Under the pieces are notes generated by a model. The model had not been told where the DNA came from. It was given only the letters and a program-made list of their open reading frames with translations, and did no database searches. The position numbers and the translations under genes were made by a program. A DNA stretch of 24,000 nucleotides from Rhodocyclaceae bacterium (GTDB taxonomy: Bacteria; Pseudomonadota; Gammaproteobacteria; Burkholderiales; Rhodocyclaceae): positions 70,757-94,756 of the forward strand of contig PMIF01000079.1 of the NCBI GenBank assembly GCA_003157035.1. The letters run 5' to 3'. Each line of letters starts with the position of its first letter. The stretch's first letter is position 1. Shown here piece after piece: positions 15,922 through 24,000 of the stretch.

Positions 15922-16170
15922 GTGATCATGGACAAGACCTATTCGATCGCCGAAGCCCGCAACGATCTTTCGCATGTCGTGCGTGAGGCAGAAGCCGGCC
16001 GTCCGGTCACCCTGGCTCGCCGCGGCCGGCCGGTGGCGATGATCGTCGCCGCCACCGCGGTTCAGCCCGAGCGCAGCGTACACGCGATCGCGGAACTTCG
16101 CGCATTTCGCGGCAACTGCCGAACCGGGAAGATCAATCTTCGCGCCTTGATCGAAGCGGACCGGCGCTGA
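15922..16170 (+). CDS. Type II antitoxin, Phd/YefM-like
   Basis: 80-82 aa (GTG 15922 or ATG 15928). The N-terminus YSIAEARNDLSHVVREAEAGRPVTLARRGRPVAMIV is typical of Phd/YefM antitoxins. The stop overlaps the toxin start (TGATG). Confidence 0.75.
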   Translation: MIMDKTYSIAEARNDLSHVVREAEAGRPVTLARRGRPVAMIVAATAVQPERSVHAIAELRAFRGNCRTGKINLRALIEADRR

Positions 16171-16574
16171 TGCCGTTCGTCGCCGACTGTTCGGTGGTCG
16201 CCCGCTGGTTTCTCCCGGACGAGGCCACCCGCTACAGCGAGGCGGCGCTCGACCGACTGGCGACCGACACCGCCCACGTCCCGGCGCTCTGGATTTCCGA
16301 GTTTACCAACGTCATGTTGAAACTGGAACGGCAACGCCTGCTAAAGACAGGCGTCGTCCCCGGCATACTGGCCAGGGCGGAACTACTTGGCCTGATGGTG
16401 GATCGGCAGACACCGGCACCGGCGCGCCTGTACGATCTGGCTCGCCAATTCAATCTTTCCGCCTACGACGCAACCTACCTCGAACTGGCGTTGCGTCTTG
16501 GCGCGCCGCTGGCCTGCGTGGACGGCGGCCTGAAACTGGCGGCACGCAAAGTTGGTTTGCTGCTCTCCCTCTAA
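16170..16574 (+). CDS. vapC: Type II toxin, VapC-family PIN-domain ribonuclease
   Basis: 134 aa with PIN acidic residues in the expected positions (FVADCSV; WISEFTNV; SAYDATYLELA; ACVDGGL) and a 1-nt overlap with the upstream antitoxin. Confidence 0.8.
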   Translation: MPFVADCSVVARWFLPDEATRYSEAALDRLATDTAHVPALWISEFTNVMLKLERQRLLKTGVVPGILARAELLGLMVDRQTPAPARLYDLARQFNLSAYDATYLELALRLGAPLACVDGGLKLAARKVGLLLSL

Positions 16575-16592
16575 CCCAAACGAGTACCGGCC

Positions 16593-17615
16593 ATGATCAC
16601 TCCCCAGGAAGCTCTACAAAGGACCATCGAGCATCGTGAGATATTCCACGATGAGATGCTGCATCTGATGCGGATGATCATGACGGGCGAAATGTCGCCA
16701 CTGATGAGCGCGGCAATTCTTACCGGCCTGCGCACGAAGAAGGAAACTGTCGGCGAGATCGCGGCAGCAGCGACAGTGATGCGCGAGTTGTGCACCAAGG
16801 TCGAGGTGCCGCTCAATGCGCACTTTGTCGATATCGTCGGCACCGGCGGTGATGCCGCCCACTCGTTCAATATTTCCACAGCCACGGCCTTCGTCGCCGC
16901 TGCCGCCGGCGCCACCGTGGCCAAGCACGGCAATCGCAGTGTGTCGTCGAAATCCGGTGCCGCCGACGTGCTCGAAGCGCTGGGCGCCAGGATCGATCTC
17001 TCGGCGCCACAGGTTGCCGAGTGCATCCAGGCGACTGGCATGGGCTTCATGTTCGCGCCCAATCACCACCCGGCGATGAAGAACGTCGTGCCGGTGCGCA
17101 AGGAAATGGGCGTGCGCACCATCTTCAACATCCTCGGCCCGCTGACCAACCCGGCCAGCGCGCCCAATACCCTAATGGGCGTTTTCCATCCGGACCTGGT
17201 CGGTATCCAGGTACGCGTCATGCAGCGCCTCGGCGCCCAGCATGTGCTGGTCGTCTGGGGCAAGGACGGCATGGACGAAGTGTCGCTTGGTGCGGCCACT
17301 TCGGTTGGCGAGCTGAAGAACGGCGAAGTGTTCGAGTACGAAATTCACCCCGAGGATTTCGGCCTCGCCATGGTTTCCAACCGCGGCCTGAAGGTCGCAG
17401 ATGCTCTCGAGTCGAAGGCCATGCTGCTGGGTGCCCTGGAAAACCGGCCGGGGCCGGCGCGCGAGATCGTCACCCTCAACGCCGGCACCGCGCTCTACAC
17501 CGCCAACCTGGCGGCCAGCATCGGCGATGGCATCAAAGCAGCACGCGAGGTCATCGGCAGCGGCGCCGCGCGCAAGAAGGTCGATGAGTTCGTCCAGTTC
17601 ACCAGAAAATTTTGA
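16593..17615 (+). CDS. trpD: Anthranilate phosphoribosyltransferase
   Basis: 340 aa with canonical motifs ([39 protein letters not shown]). Confidence 0.95.
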   Translation: MITPQEALQRTIEHREIFHDEMLHLMRMIMTGEMSPLMSAAILTGLRTKKETVGEIAAAATVMRELCTKVEVPLNAHFVDIVGTGGDAAHSFNISTATAFVAAAAGATVAKHGNRSVSSKSGAADVLEALGARIDLSAPQVAECIQATGMGFMFAPNHHPAMKNVVPVRKEMGVRTIFNILGPLTNPASAPNTLMGVFHPDLVGIQVRVMQRLGAQHVLVVWGKDGMDEVSLGAATSVGELKNGEVFEYEIHPEDFGLAMVSNRGLKVADALESKAMLLGALENRPGPAREIVTLNAGTALYTANLAASIGDGIKAAREVIGSGAARKKVDEFVQFTRKF

Positions 17616-18412
17616 TGAGCGACATCCTCCAAAAAATACTGGCAGTCAAACGCGAAGAAGTGGCGGCCGCCAAGACTGCACGGCCGCTCGATGAAGTCCG
17701 CGCACTGGCAGCCACGCAATTGCCGTGCCGGGATTTTGTCGGCGCCATCCGCAACAAGATTGCCGCCAATCAGCCGGCGGTGATCGCCGAGATCAAGAAG
17801 GCAAGCCCGTCGAAAGGCGTTCTAAGGGAGGATTTCCGCCCGGCCGAAATCGCCGCCAGCTACGAGGCGCACGGTGCCGCATGCCTGTCCGTGCTGACCG
17901 ACAGACAATTCTTCCAGGGCGCACCCGAGTATTTGCAGGCGGCGCGCGCAGCTTGCCAATTGCCTGTGCTGCGCAAGGACTTCATCGTCGATCCCTACCA
18001 GATCTACGAAGCCCGAGCCATGGGGGCCGATGCCATCCTGCTGATCGTCGCCGCGCTGACCGTGGACGAACTCATTGCCTTCGAGGCCATCGCCACCAAA
18101 CTGGGGCTGGCGACTTTGGTCGAAGCGCACGACGGCAATGAGGTCGATGCCGCATTACGTCTCAATGCGCCGTTATTGGGCATCAACAACCGCAATTTGC
18201 GCAGTTTCGCCGTCGATCTGGGCACAACGATCAACCAGCTCGCCCGCATTCCGACCGACCGCATCGTCGTCACCGAATCGGGCATTGGCAGCCGCGCTGA
18301 TGTCCAATTGCTGCAAAGCAAGAATGTCAAGGCCTTTCTGGTCGGCGAGGCGTTCATGCGCGAGATCGATCCAGGGGCTCAATTGAGTCGTCTGTTTGAA
18401 TTTGGCCACTAA
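17615..18412 (+). CDS. trpC: Indole-3-glycerol phosphate synthase
   Basis: I prefer ATG 17615 (TGATG overlap with the trpD stop); the track starts at TTG 17612. Motifs: [32 protein letters not shown]. Confidence 0.94.
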   Translation: MSDILQKILAVKREEVAAAKTARPLDEVRALAATQLPCRDFVGAIRNKIAANQPAVIAEIKKASPSKGVLREDFRPAEIAASYEAHGAACLSVLTDRQFFQGAPEYLQAARAACQLPVLRKDFIVDPYQIYEARAMGADAILLIVAALTVDELIAFEAIATKLGLATLVEAHDGNEVDAALRLNAPLLGINNRNLRSFAVDLGTTINQLARIPTDRIVVTESGIGSRADVQLLQSKNVKAFLVGEAFMREIDPGAQLSRLFEFGH

Positions 18413-18653
18413 GCGCACCTAACAACCACGTTATTTGCAATCAATCACTTAGGCGCGCGACGGTGGTGCTCGTCTGTTGCAAAAACCCCACAAACTGCCT
18501 CAAAGATCTGCACCAAAGCGGGCTTCTCCTTGCCCCGGAATGGTGCCCCAAGCGACAATGAGCGCAGCTTCTCGATGAGGGGAAGTTCCGCGTCCCAGTG
18601 GCCGACCACGTGGAGTCATTGGAACCGCAATCTCAACCAATAAGGAGATTCAT

Positions 18654-19784
18654 ATGCAGAAGAAACTGATCGCCCTGGCCGTCGCCGGCCTCGTTTCCGG
18701 CGCTGCCTTCGCGCAGTCGAACGTCACCGTCTACGGCGTTGCCGACATGTACTACGGCTACGTCAAGGCGGGCGACCTCAAGGTCAACCCGGCCCTCAAT
18801 TCTGGCGGCCTCGCCGGCTCCCGCCTGGGTTTCCAAGGTGCCGAGTCGCTGGGCAACGGCCTGACCGCCGTGTTCCAGTATGAAGTCAACATGTTCGTCG
18901 ATAGCAACGGCACCGGCAATGTTGGTACGCTTGGCCAAACCGCCTTGAACCCGTACGGCAACGGTGGCACCGTCGGTACGAACACGGTTGCCAACAACGG
19001 TCTGAGCGACACCCGTCAAGCCTATGTCGGCCTGGCCGGTGGTTTCGGTACCGTGGTTGCTGGCCGTCTGCAATCGCCTGGCTATGTCTACACCGGCATG
19101 TATGACGCCCTGGCCAGCTCGAAGGTCAGCCCGCAAGCCATCCTGTCGACCTATGGCAAGATGCTCGGCGCCGGCGTCGGCGGTGTTGGTACCGGCTCGA
19201 CGATCTCCCCGAGCGACTACGCCCGCGTCAATAACGCCATCGCCTACCTGTCGCCGAACTTCAGCGGCTTCTCTGGCGTTCTGGCTTATTCCGCCGGCGA
19301 GCAACCCACGGGCGACAAAGAAGGCGTCTGGGCCCTGGGCCTGAACTACGCCGCCGGCCCCCTGGGCATCGGCTTCGTTCACCACGACATCAAGAACTAC
19401 CTCGGCGTCGCCTCTGCCGATGCGAAGGAAAACTTCATCGGCGCTTCGTACGACCTGAAGGTTGTCAAGCTGATCGGCTCCTGGCAGAACGCCAAGCTGG
19501 ACCTGAACAACACGACCGACAAGATGTATCAAATCGGCGCCGCCATCCCGGCTGGTCCTGGTTCGGTCAATATCGCCTACGGCAAGACGAAGATGGACCG
19601 CGCCGACGACGACGCCAAGTCCTACACCATCGCCTACCTGTATCCGCTGTCGAAGCGGACGACGGCTTACACCGCCTACAACCGCACCAGCAACGATGCC
19701 AACTCGGCCGTTGGCATCCTGGGCGTGGGTGTTGCCGGCGAGGCGACCACTGGCTTCGTGATGGGTCTGAACCACAAGTTCTAA
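18654..19784 (+). CDS. General outer-membrane porin (Gram-negative porin family)
   Basis: An AAGGAG RBS precedes the ATG. Signal peptide MQKKLIALAVAGLVSGAAFA, followed by QSNVTVYG. The protein has alternating beta-strand patterning rich in Gly/Tyr/Asn and a C-terminal aromatic signature (GLNHKF). Confidence 0.88.
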   Translation: MQKKLIALAVAGLVSGAAFAQSNVTVYGVADMYYGYVKAGDLKVNPALNSGGLAGSRLGFQGAESLGNGLTAVFQYEVNMFVDSNGTGNVGTLGQTALNPYGNGGTVGTNTVANNGLSDTRQAYVGLAGGFGTVVAGRLQSPGYVYTGMYDALASSKVSPQAILSTYGKMLGAGVGGVGTGSTISPSDYARVNNAIAYLSPNFSGFSGVLAYSAGEQPTGDKEGVWALGLNYAAGPLGIGFVHHDIKNYLGVASADAKENFIGASYDLKVVKLIGSWQNAKLDLNNTTDKMYQIGAAIPAGPGSVNIAYGKTKMDRADDDAKSYTIAYLYPLSKRTTAYTAYNRTSNDANSAVGILGVGVAGEATTGFVMGLNHKF

Positions 19785-19810
19785 TCCAAGACGCAGCTAG
19801 CAGTATGAGA

Positions 19811-19840
19811 AACGGCCACCTTCGGGTGGCCGTTTTTTTT
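19811..19840 (+). terminator. Rho-independent terminator of porin gene
   Basis: AACGGCCACC-TTCG-GGTGGCCGTT gives a 10-bp perfect stem and a tetraloop, running into an 8-T tract (19833-19840). Confidence 0.88.
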
Positions 19841-19966
19841 GCCCTGTTCGCAGGCACCGCTGGCTCGACGCCGCAAAGGGCAACGGCGAGGCCCGCAGGT
19901 TCCTGTCCGACGCGGTCAAAACCTACCCACCACACGTTGGGAATTCGTCGTCGCTTCAGCCAAAGT

Positions 19967-20045
19967 GCAATATGTATTGCGGTACCCGACCATTTTGTCT
20001 GGTGGCAATATACCCATTGACACTTCTTGGGGTGTTGCGGACAAT
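19967..20045 (+). promoter_or_regulatory. Candidate abiE promoter with repeated GCAATA half-sites
   Basis: TTGACA (20017-20022), a 17-nt spacer, then GACAAT (20040-20045). Inverted repeat GCAATA-TG-TATTGC at 19967-19980. GCAATAT recurs at 20005-20011, next to the -35, and CAATA recurs at 20042-20046 in the -10. Confidence 0.4.
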
Positions 20046-20089
20046 AAGTCACCATTAACCCGATATATTAGTAGGGGTTGAGTGAGCAT

Positions 20090-20638
20090 ATGAAGAGAAT
20101 GGCACTGATTCGCGGATTGCAAACCCTCGACAGGGTCGGCGTATACGTCCTGTCAAAGAGGGACATCGAAAAAATGTTTCCCGAGGAAGAGCAGAAGTCC
20201 ATGGAGAAGTCCTTGCAACGCATGGTTGCCGACGGATTGCTCGTCAGGGTCTGCAAAGGACTCTATCTCAACCCGGCAGCCTCGTCGAAGACCAGCCGAG
20301 TGGTCGAAGACATCGCCCTGGCCTTGCGGCCCGGTAGTTATTCATACGTGAGTCTGGAGTCGATGCTTTCGGAATACGGGGTGATTTCCCAGATTCCGGT
20401 GGGAAGACTCACGGTGATGACCACCGGGGCGAAGGGAACATACGAAACGCCGTATGGCACGATCGAATTTACCCACACGAGAAGGAGCCCGGCCGCCGTG
20501 ATTGCCCGCTCCCTCCGGGCGGAAGGCAGACCGCTTCGAGTCGCGACGAAACCCGTGGCCGTCGGGGATTTGTTGCGCGTGGGCAGAAACACCAACATGA
20601 TCAACGAGGAGGAACTCGAAGACGCGGAGGACGAATGA
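20090..20638 (+). CDS. abiEi: AbiEi-family antitoxin / transcriptional regulator (type IV TA)
   Basis: I prefer ATG 20090; the track starts at TTG 20078. The N-terminal winged-helix-like part (VLSKRDIEKMF...SLQRMVADGLLVRVCKGLYLNP) and the SYVSLESMLSEYGVISQIP motif are typical of AbiEi. The stop overlaps the abiEii start (ATGA). Confidence 0.75.
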   Translation: MKRMALIRGLQTLDRVGVYVLSKRDIEKMFPEEEQKSMEKSLQRMVADGLLVRVCKGLYLNPAASSKTSRVVEDIALALRPGSYSYVSLESMLSEYGVISQIPVGRLTVMTTGAKGTYETPYGTIEFTHTRRSPAAVIARSLRAEGRPLRVATKPVAVGDLLRVGRNTNMINEEELEDAEDE

Positions 20639-21597
20639 ACAGAGATGACTTCAACGCGCTCGTAGAGCTGGCCATGCGCACCGAGGGACTGTCGGTGATG
20701 AGGCCGGTGGTGGAAAGAGAACTCTTGCATTACGACATTTTCCACGCGCTCGACAGCGAGGGGCTGCTCAAAGACATCGTCTTCCAGGGCGGTACGGCTT
20801 TGAGGCTTTGCCGTGGTTCCGCCCGTTTCAGCGAAGATTTGGCTTTCGCAGGCGGGCGGGAGTTCAACGCCACCAAGATGGCCAAGATAAAGGCATGCAT
20901 CGAGGAGCACATCGGGAGGCGCTACGGTCTTAAAGTCGAAGTCAAGGAACCAAAACCCGGCGGAGAGGCGAAAAACGTCAAAGTTGACAAGTGGATGGTT
21001 TCCGTCGTCACGTCTCCTGGAAATCCGTCCTTGCCAAGGCAGAAAATCAAACTGGAAATCGCAAACGTTCCAGCCTACACGAGAGAACTCGTTCCGCTCC
21101 GCAAAAACTACGACTTTCTCTCCGGAACCGGAACGGTAATGGTGCCCACCGAGACCGTGTCCGAGATACTTGCAGATAAGGTGGTGGCCTTTCCGAACTC
21201 TCTGTTCGATAAAGAGGGGAAACCCGCGGCTGCCTCGTCCAGGAAAATCCGCCATCGCGACGTTTGGGATATCGCGTGGCTGATGCAAAATCGAGCGGAG
21301 CTCGACCCGAAAATGGTTGCGGACAAACTGGCCGACTATGGCGTCGTCGATTTCTTGAATCGAGTCAAACATGCCATTGTCACCATTCCTCAGATTGTCA
21401 GGGGAGATGAGTTCAACGCGCAGATGTCGAGGTTTCTGGATTCAGAAACGTTCGGAAAAACAATCGGGAAAAGCGATTACCTGACTTACTTGGTATCCGC
21501 AGTAGGGAATATCTTCGAGAAAGTCGAGCGCGACCTGACCGCGGCCCCGACTGTTCAGGCATCCCCTCAGCAAAAGTCTCTTGTTGTGCGGGTTTAG
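20635..21597 (+). CDS. abiEii: Nucleotidyltransferase AbiEii/AbiGii-family toxin (DUF1814)
   Basis: 320 aa with an N-terminal ERELLHYDI...VFQGGTALRLCRGSARFSEDLAF nucleotidyltransferase signature and a later ILADKVVAF...RHRDVWDIAWL motif. It is paired with an AbiEi-like gene. Confidence 0.85.
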   Translation: MNRDDFNALVELAMRTEGLSVMRPVVERELLHYDIFHALDSEGLLKDIVFQGGTALRLCRGSARFSEDLAFAGGREFNATKMAKIKACIEEHIGRRYGLKVEVKEPKPGGEAKNVKVDKWMVSVVTSPGNPSLPRQKIKLEIANVPAYTRELVPLRKNYDFLSGTGTVMVPTETVSEILADKVVAFPNSLFDKEGKPAAASSRKIRHRDVWDIAWLMQNRAELDPKMVADKLADYGVVDFLNRVKHAIVTIPQIVRGDEFNAQMSRFLDSETFGKTIGKSDYLTYLVSAVGNIFEKVERDLTAAPTVQASPQQKSLVVRV

Positions 21598-21635
21598 GAA
21601 GCCGTACTACCATTTGCGGACATGGCCTTCCTTTT
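21597..21635 (+). terminator. Possible terminator after abiEii
   Basis: GGAAGCC...GGCCTTCC forms an imperfect stem (5+2 bp with one bulge, long loop), followed by TTTT. Weak. Confidence 0.3.
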
Positions 21636-21807
21636 CGTTGGCGAAATGTCACACTGCGCGTTTGAAACGCGCCTTTGCAGTAACCCGCATGTCGCATCTG
21701 GAGTAATCTGCCGTTTGGACCTCAACCGTCCAATCCACCCGTAAACCTGAACTCATCGCGGCTGTCGGCGTACCGGGTTCGGCAACTAGAACAGAGGAGA
21801 AAACACC

Positions 21808-23181
21808 ATGCATCGGACCCTTGCCCGTCGCGTCCTGCCGGCTGCCTTGGCAACGCTTTTCGGCGGCAGCGCTTTCGCTTCCGGCTTCCAGCTACTTGAA
21901 CAGAACGCCAGCGGACTGGGCAACGCCTATGCCGGCACCGCCGCGGTTGCGGCCGATGCCAGCACGATCTTCTATAATCCGGCCGGCATGAGCCTGCTCG
22001 GCGCCGGCACGCAGGTCTCCTTCGGCATCGATGCCATCAAGCCGTCAGCAAAGTTTTCGAACTCCGGCTCCCAGCCGGCACTGGCCGTCCCACCTGCAAC
22101 GCCGCACGCGCTTGGCACCGCAACCGGCGATGCCGGTGGCTGGAGCGGCCTGCCGGCCGGCTATCTGGCGACTGACCTGATGCCCGGCTTGCGCGCCGGC
22201 CTCGGCATCAATGCCCCGTTCGGACTCAAGACAGACTACGACGCCGGCTGGATCGGCCGTTTCCAGGCGATCACCTCGGAAGTGAAGACCATCAACGTCA
22301 ATCCTTCGCTGTCTTACCAGGCGACCAGTCAGATTGCCGTCGCCATCGGCCTCGACTACCAGAAGATCGATGCCAAATTCTCCAGCGCGGTGAACTACCC
22401 GCTGGCACTCTATAGCGCCATGTACGCCGCCACCGGTAGCGCCGCGACCGCCGTTGGGGCCGCCGCGGCACAGAACGCGGCCAACCCCGAGGGGCCATTG
22501 CATATTTCCGGCAACGACACCGCCTGGGGCTACAACCTTGGCATGATCATCAACGTCGACCCGACCACGCGCGTCGGCGTCGCCTATCGTTCGCCGATCA
22601 AGTATCACGTCACCGGTACCGCCAACACGGCCTCCGGCAACCCGGCGCTCGATGCCGCGCTGAACAAGGCGGTGTTCGCCGACATCAAGCTGCCCGACAC
22701 CTTCACCGTCAGCGGCTACAAGAGGCTCGATGACAAATGGGAAGTCATGGCAGATCTGGCCTGGACCGGTTGGGCGAAGATCCAGGATCTCAACTTCCGC
22801 TTTGCCGATACCGGCGCCATGCTGAGTGCGACGCACGAAGGCTGGCGCAACACCTGGCGCGGCGCCATCGGTGCCAGCTACCAGTTCGACACGGCCTGGA
22901 AGCTGCGCGCCGGCCTCGCCTACGACCAGACGATGGTGCCCGACCAGTTCCGCACGCCGCGGCTGCCCGACAACGATCGCACCTGGATATCCGTAGGCGC
23001 CCAGTACCGGATCAACGCCAAGTCGGCGCTGGACGTTGGCTATGCCCACCTGTTCGTCAAGAACGGCACCATCTCCGATAACGGCGGCTCGCCGCAGCAA
23101 CAAGCCGTGGTCGGTCTGTTGCAAGGCAACTACAAGAATCAGGTCGATATTCTCGGCTTCCAGTATTCGGCAACCTTCTGA
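21808..23181 (+). CDS. fadL: FadL/TodX (OMPP1) family outer-membrane hydrophobic-compound channel
   Basis: A GAGGAG RBS precedes the ATG. The signal peptide ends in AFA and is followed by the family N-terminal hatch motif SGFQLLEQNASGLGNAYAG. 457 aa, with the C-terminal beta-signal GFQYSATF. Confidence 0.88.
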   Translation: MHRTLARRVLPAALATLFGGSAFASGFQLLEQNASGLGNAYAGTAAVAADASTIFYNPAGMSLLGAGTQVSFGIDAIKPSAKFSNSGSQPALAVPPATPHALGTATGDAGGWSGLPAGYLATDLMPGLRAGLGINAPFGLKTDYDAGWIGRFQAITSEVKTINVNPSLSYQATSQIAVAIGLDYQKIDAKFSSAVNYPLALYSAMYAATGSAATAVGAAAAQNAANPEGPLHISGNDTAWGYNLGMIINVDPTTRVGVAYRSPIKYHVTGTANTASGNPALDAALNKAVFADIKLPDTFTVSGYKRLDDKWEVMADLAWTGWAKIQDLNFRFADTGAMLSATHEGWRNTWRGAIGASYQFDTAWKLRAGLAYDQTMVPDQFRTPRLPDNDRTWISVGAQYRINAKSALDVGYAHLFVKNGTISDNGGSPQQQAVVGLLQGNYKNQVDILGFQYSATF

Positions 23182-23201
23182 CCGCGGAATGCGCCGAGCA
23201 G

Positions 23202-23230
23202 CAAGGGCCCGCGAGGGCCCTTGTCATTTG
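23202..23230. terminator. GC-rich hairpin between convergent fadL and plsB (likely terminator)
   Basis: CAAGGGCCC-GCGA-GGGCCCTTG gives a 9-bp perfect stem and a tetraloop, followed on the + strand by TCATTTG (a weak T-tract). Confidence 0.55.
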
Positions 23231-23247
23231 TGGCGCCGCCGAACCAA

Positions 23248-24000
23248 CTAGCCGGCGTGCGCCGCCGCAGCTCGCCGGACTGCCTGGCGTAGTTCTGCTG
23301 GCAACAACAATTCCGCGTGCGCCACCGGCGCCGTGATGCCGGCATCGAAGCACAGCGCGCCGGTCGCATCTTCCGTCAGCAAACCCAGGGCGAGCAGATT
23401 CGTCACCACCTGAGCGAACGACGCCTTCTCGGCAAATTCACCGCTATTCGCCTCGTACATCAAAGCCAGTCTCTGCGCCAATAAGTGGCTGGCCTGCTCC
23501 AGGTCGCGCCGGTTCAGGCGACCCGAACCGCTGCGCTGCAACAGGGCCAGGATCAGGAAGTGGCGCTCCAGGGTCGGCCGAATGATTTCGCCGATCAAGC
23601 GCAGCTCGGCCCATTCCTCACTGTTGGCTTCCGGCGCCGACAACTGTCCGCCGTGGTCGCGCACCAGGCCGCGCCTGGCCATGACCTCGAGCAGGCGCTC
23701 GACGATCGAGGGCATCTCGTCGGTCGACCATTGCAGGAATAGTTCTCGGCGCAGCAGGCCGTAGATGCTGGCCACAGCGGCGTCGAAGCGCCGCCGCTCC
23801 ATGCAGGGATTGTGGCTGATCAAGCAGGCGACAACGGCCGGCAGCGCCAGGAGATGCAAGACGTTGTTACGGAAGTAGGAGAGCAGCACGCCTTGCCCGG
23901 CAACGACGCGGACCAGATTGCCCAACGGGTGATTCAAGGTTTCGACCATGCCAAGCCGAGTTGCGTAGTCGACCACCGAAGAAGCACCACCGAGATCTTC
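23248..24000 (-). CDS. plsB: Glycerol-3-phosphate 1-O-acyltransferase, C-terminal part (gene continues beyond window)
   Basis: The frame stays open to base 24000; the track's GTG 'start' at 23976 is an internal Val. It is collinear by eye with the E. coli PlsB C-terminus (YFRNNVLHLLALPAVVA vs YYRNNIAHMLVLPSLMA; ELFLQWSTDEMP vs ELFLRWDRDELP). Confidence 0.85.
   Translation of the reverse strand, partial: EDLGGASSVVDYATRLGMVETLNHPLGNLVRVVAGQGVLLSYFRNNVLHLLALPAVVACLISHNPCMERRRFDAAVASIYGLLRRELFLQWSTDEMPSIVERLLEVMARRGLVRDHGGQLSAPEANSEEWAELRLIGEIIRPTLERHFLILALLQRSGSGRLNRRDLEQASHLLAQRLALMYEANSGEFAEKASFAQVVTNLLALGLLTEDATGALCFDAGITAPVAHAELLLPAELRQAVRRAAAAHAG

Noticed and set aside
18413-18653. The 240-nt untranslated region upstream of the porin, checked for a small ORF, riboswitch-like structure or sRNA.
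   Set aside because: I could see no convincing hairpins, repeats or ORFs by eye. Only an AAGGAG RBS and a weak TTGCAA -35-like hexamer are present. It is probably an ordinary long porin 5' region.
20338-21372. 344-aa ORF antisense to abiEi/abiEii in the lower-GC islet. I considered it as a possible hidden third gene.
   Set aside because: It spans the junction of two well-supported sense genes, has no RBS or start context that I could see, contains a serine homopolymer (SSSASSSSSS) and matches no motif I recognise. It would need transcript or proteomic evidence before being called.
21656-21672. 17-nt palindrome GCGCGTTTGAAACGCGC upstream of fadL, which could be a terminator or operator.
   Set aside because: It is a single short palindrome with only a weak T-run (CTTTG) and no second copy or associated promoter elements that I could identify. 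The evidence is insufficient to assign a role.
19841-21800. Search for direct repeats, att sites, a tRNA or an integrase flanking the AbiE islet.
   Set aside because: I found only a weak resemblance (CGTTGGGA near 19935 versus CGTTTGGA near 21712), with no tRNA and no recombinase gene. The boundaries cannot be defined from this sequence alone.
1-24000. Window-wide look for CRISPR arrays, rRNA/tRNA genes, IS elements and long tandem repeats.
   Set aside because: I recognised none by eye. A computational scan (tRNAscan, repeat finders) would be needed to exclude small or degenerate elements.

Overview
High-GC (about 63-66%) chromosomal window that looks betaproteobacterial (Rhodocyclales-like gene content and order; this cannot be verified without a database search). 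Most of it is housekeeping: glnE (5'-truncated), argJ, apaG, rpe-gph, trpE-trpG...trpD-trpC, a general porin, a FadL-family outer-membrane channel and the 3' part of plsB. Three accessory regions stand out. (1) A tightly packed six-gene minus-strand operon (3652-7570): group II truncated hemoglobin, an unrecognised 130-aa protein, a TehA/SLAC1-family anion channel, a periplasmic DUF3365/Tll0287-like heme-c protein, a CGGC-domain protein and a membrane-anchored alpha/beta hydrolase. It sits behind a near-consensus sigma54 -24/-12 promoter and is divergent from a sigma54 activator whose PAS-like sensor carries a four-Cys cluster. This is my best candidate for an uncharacterised system. (2) A Phd/VapC-type toxin-antitoxin pair sits between trpG and trpD, and a Trp-codon-rich leader ORF that the ORF track does not list lies upstream of trpE. 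(3) A lower-GC two-gene AbiEi/AbiEii (type IV TA / abortive infection) islet lies between the porin terminator and fadL, and the toxin has an apparent D-to-A change in its nucleotidyltransferase motif. I saw no rRNA, tRNA, CRISPR array, transposase or integrase. All family assignments come from motif recognition by eye, with no search or computation, and the functional ideas for the sigma54 locus are inference.
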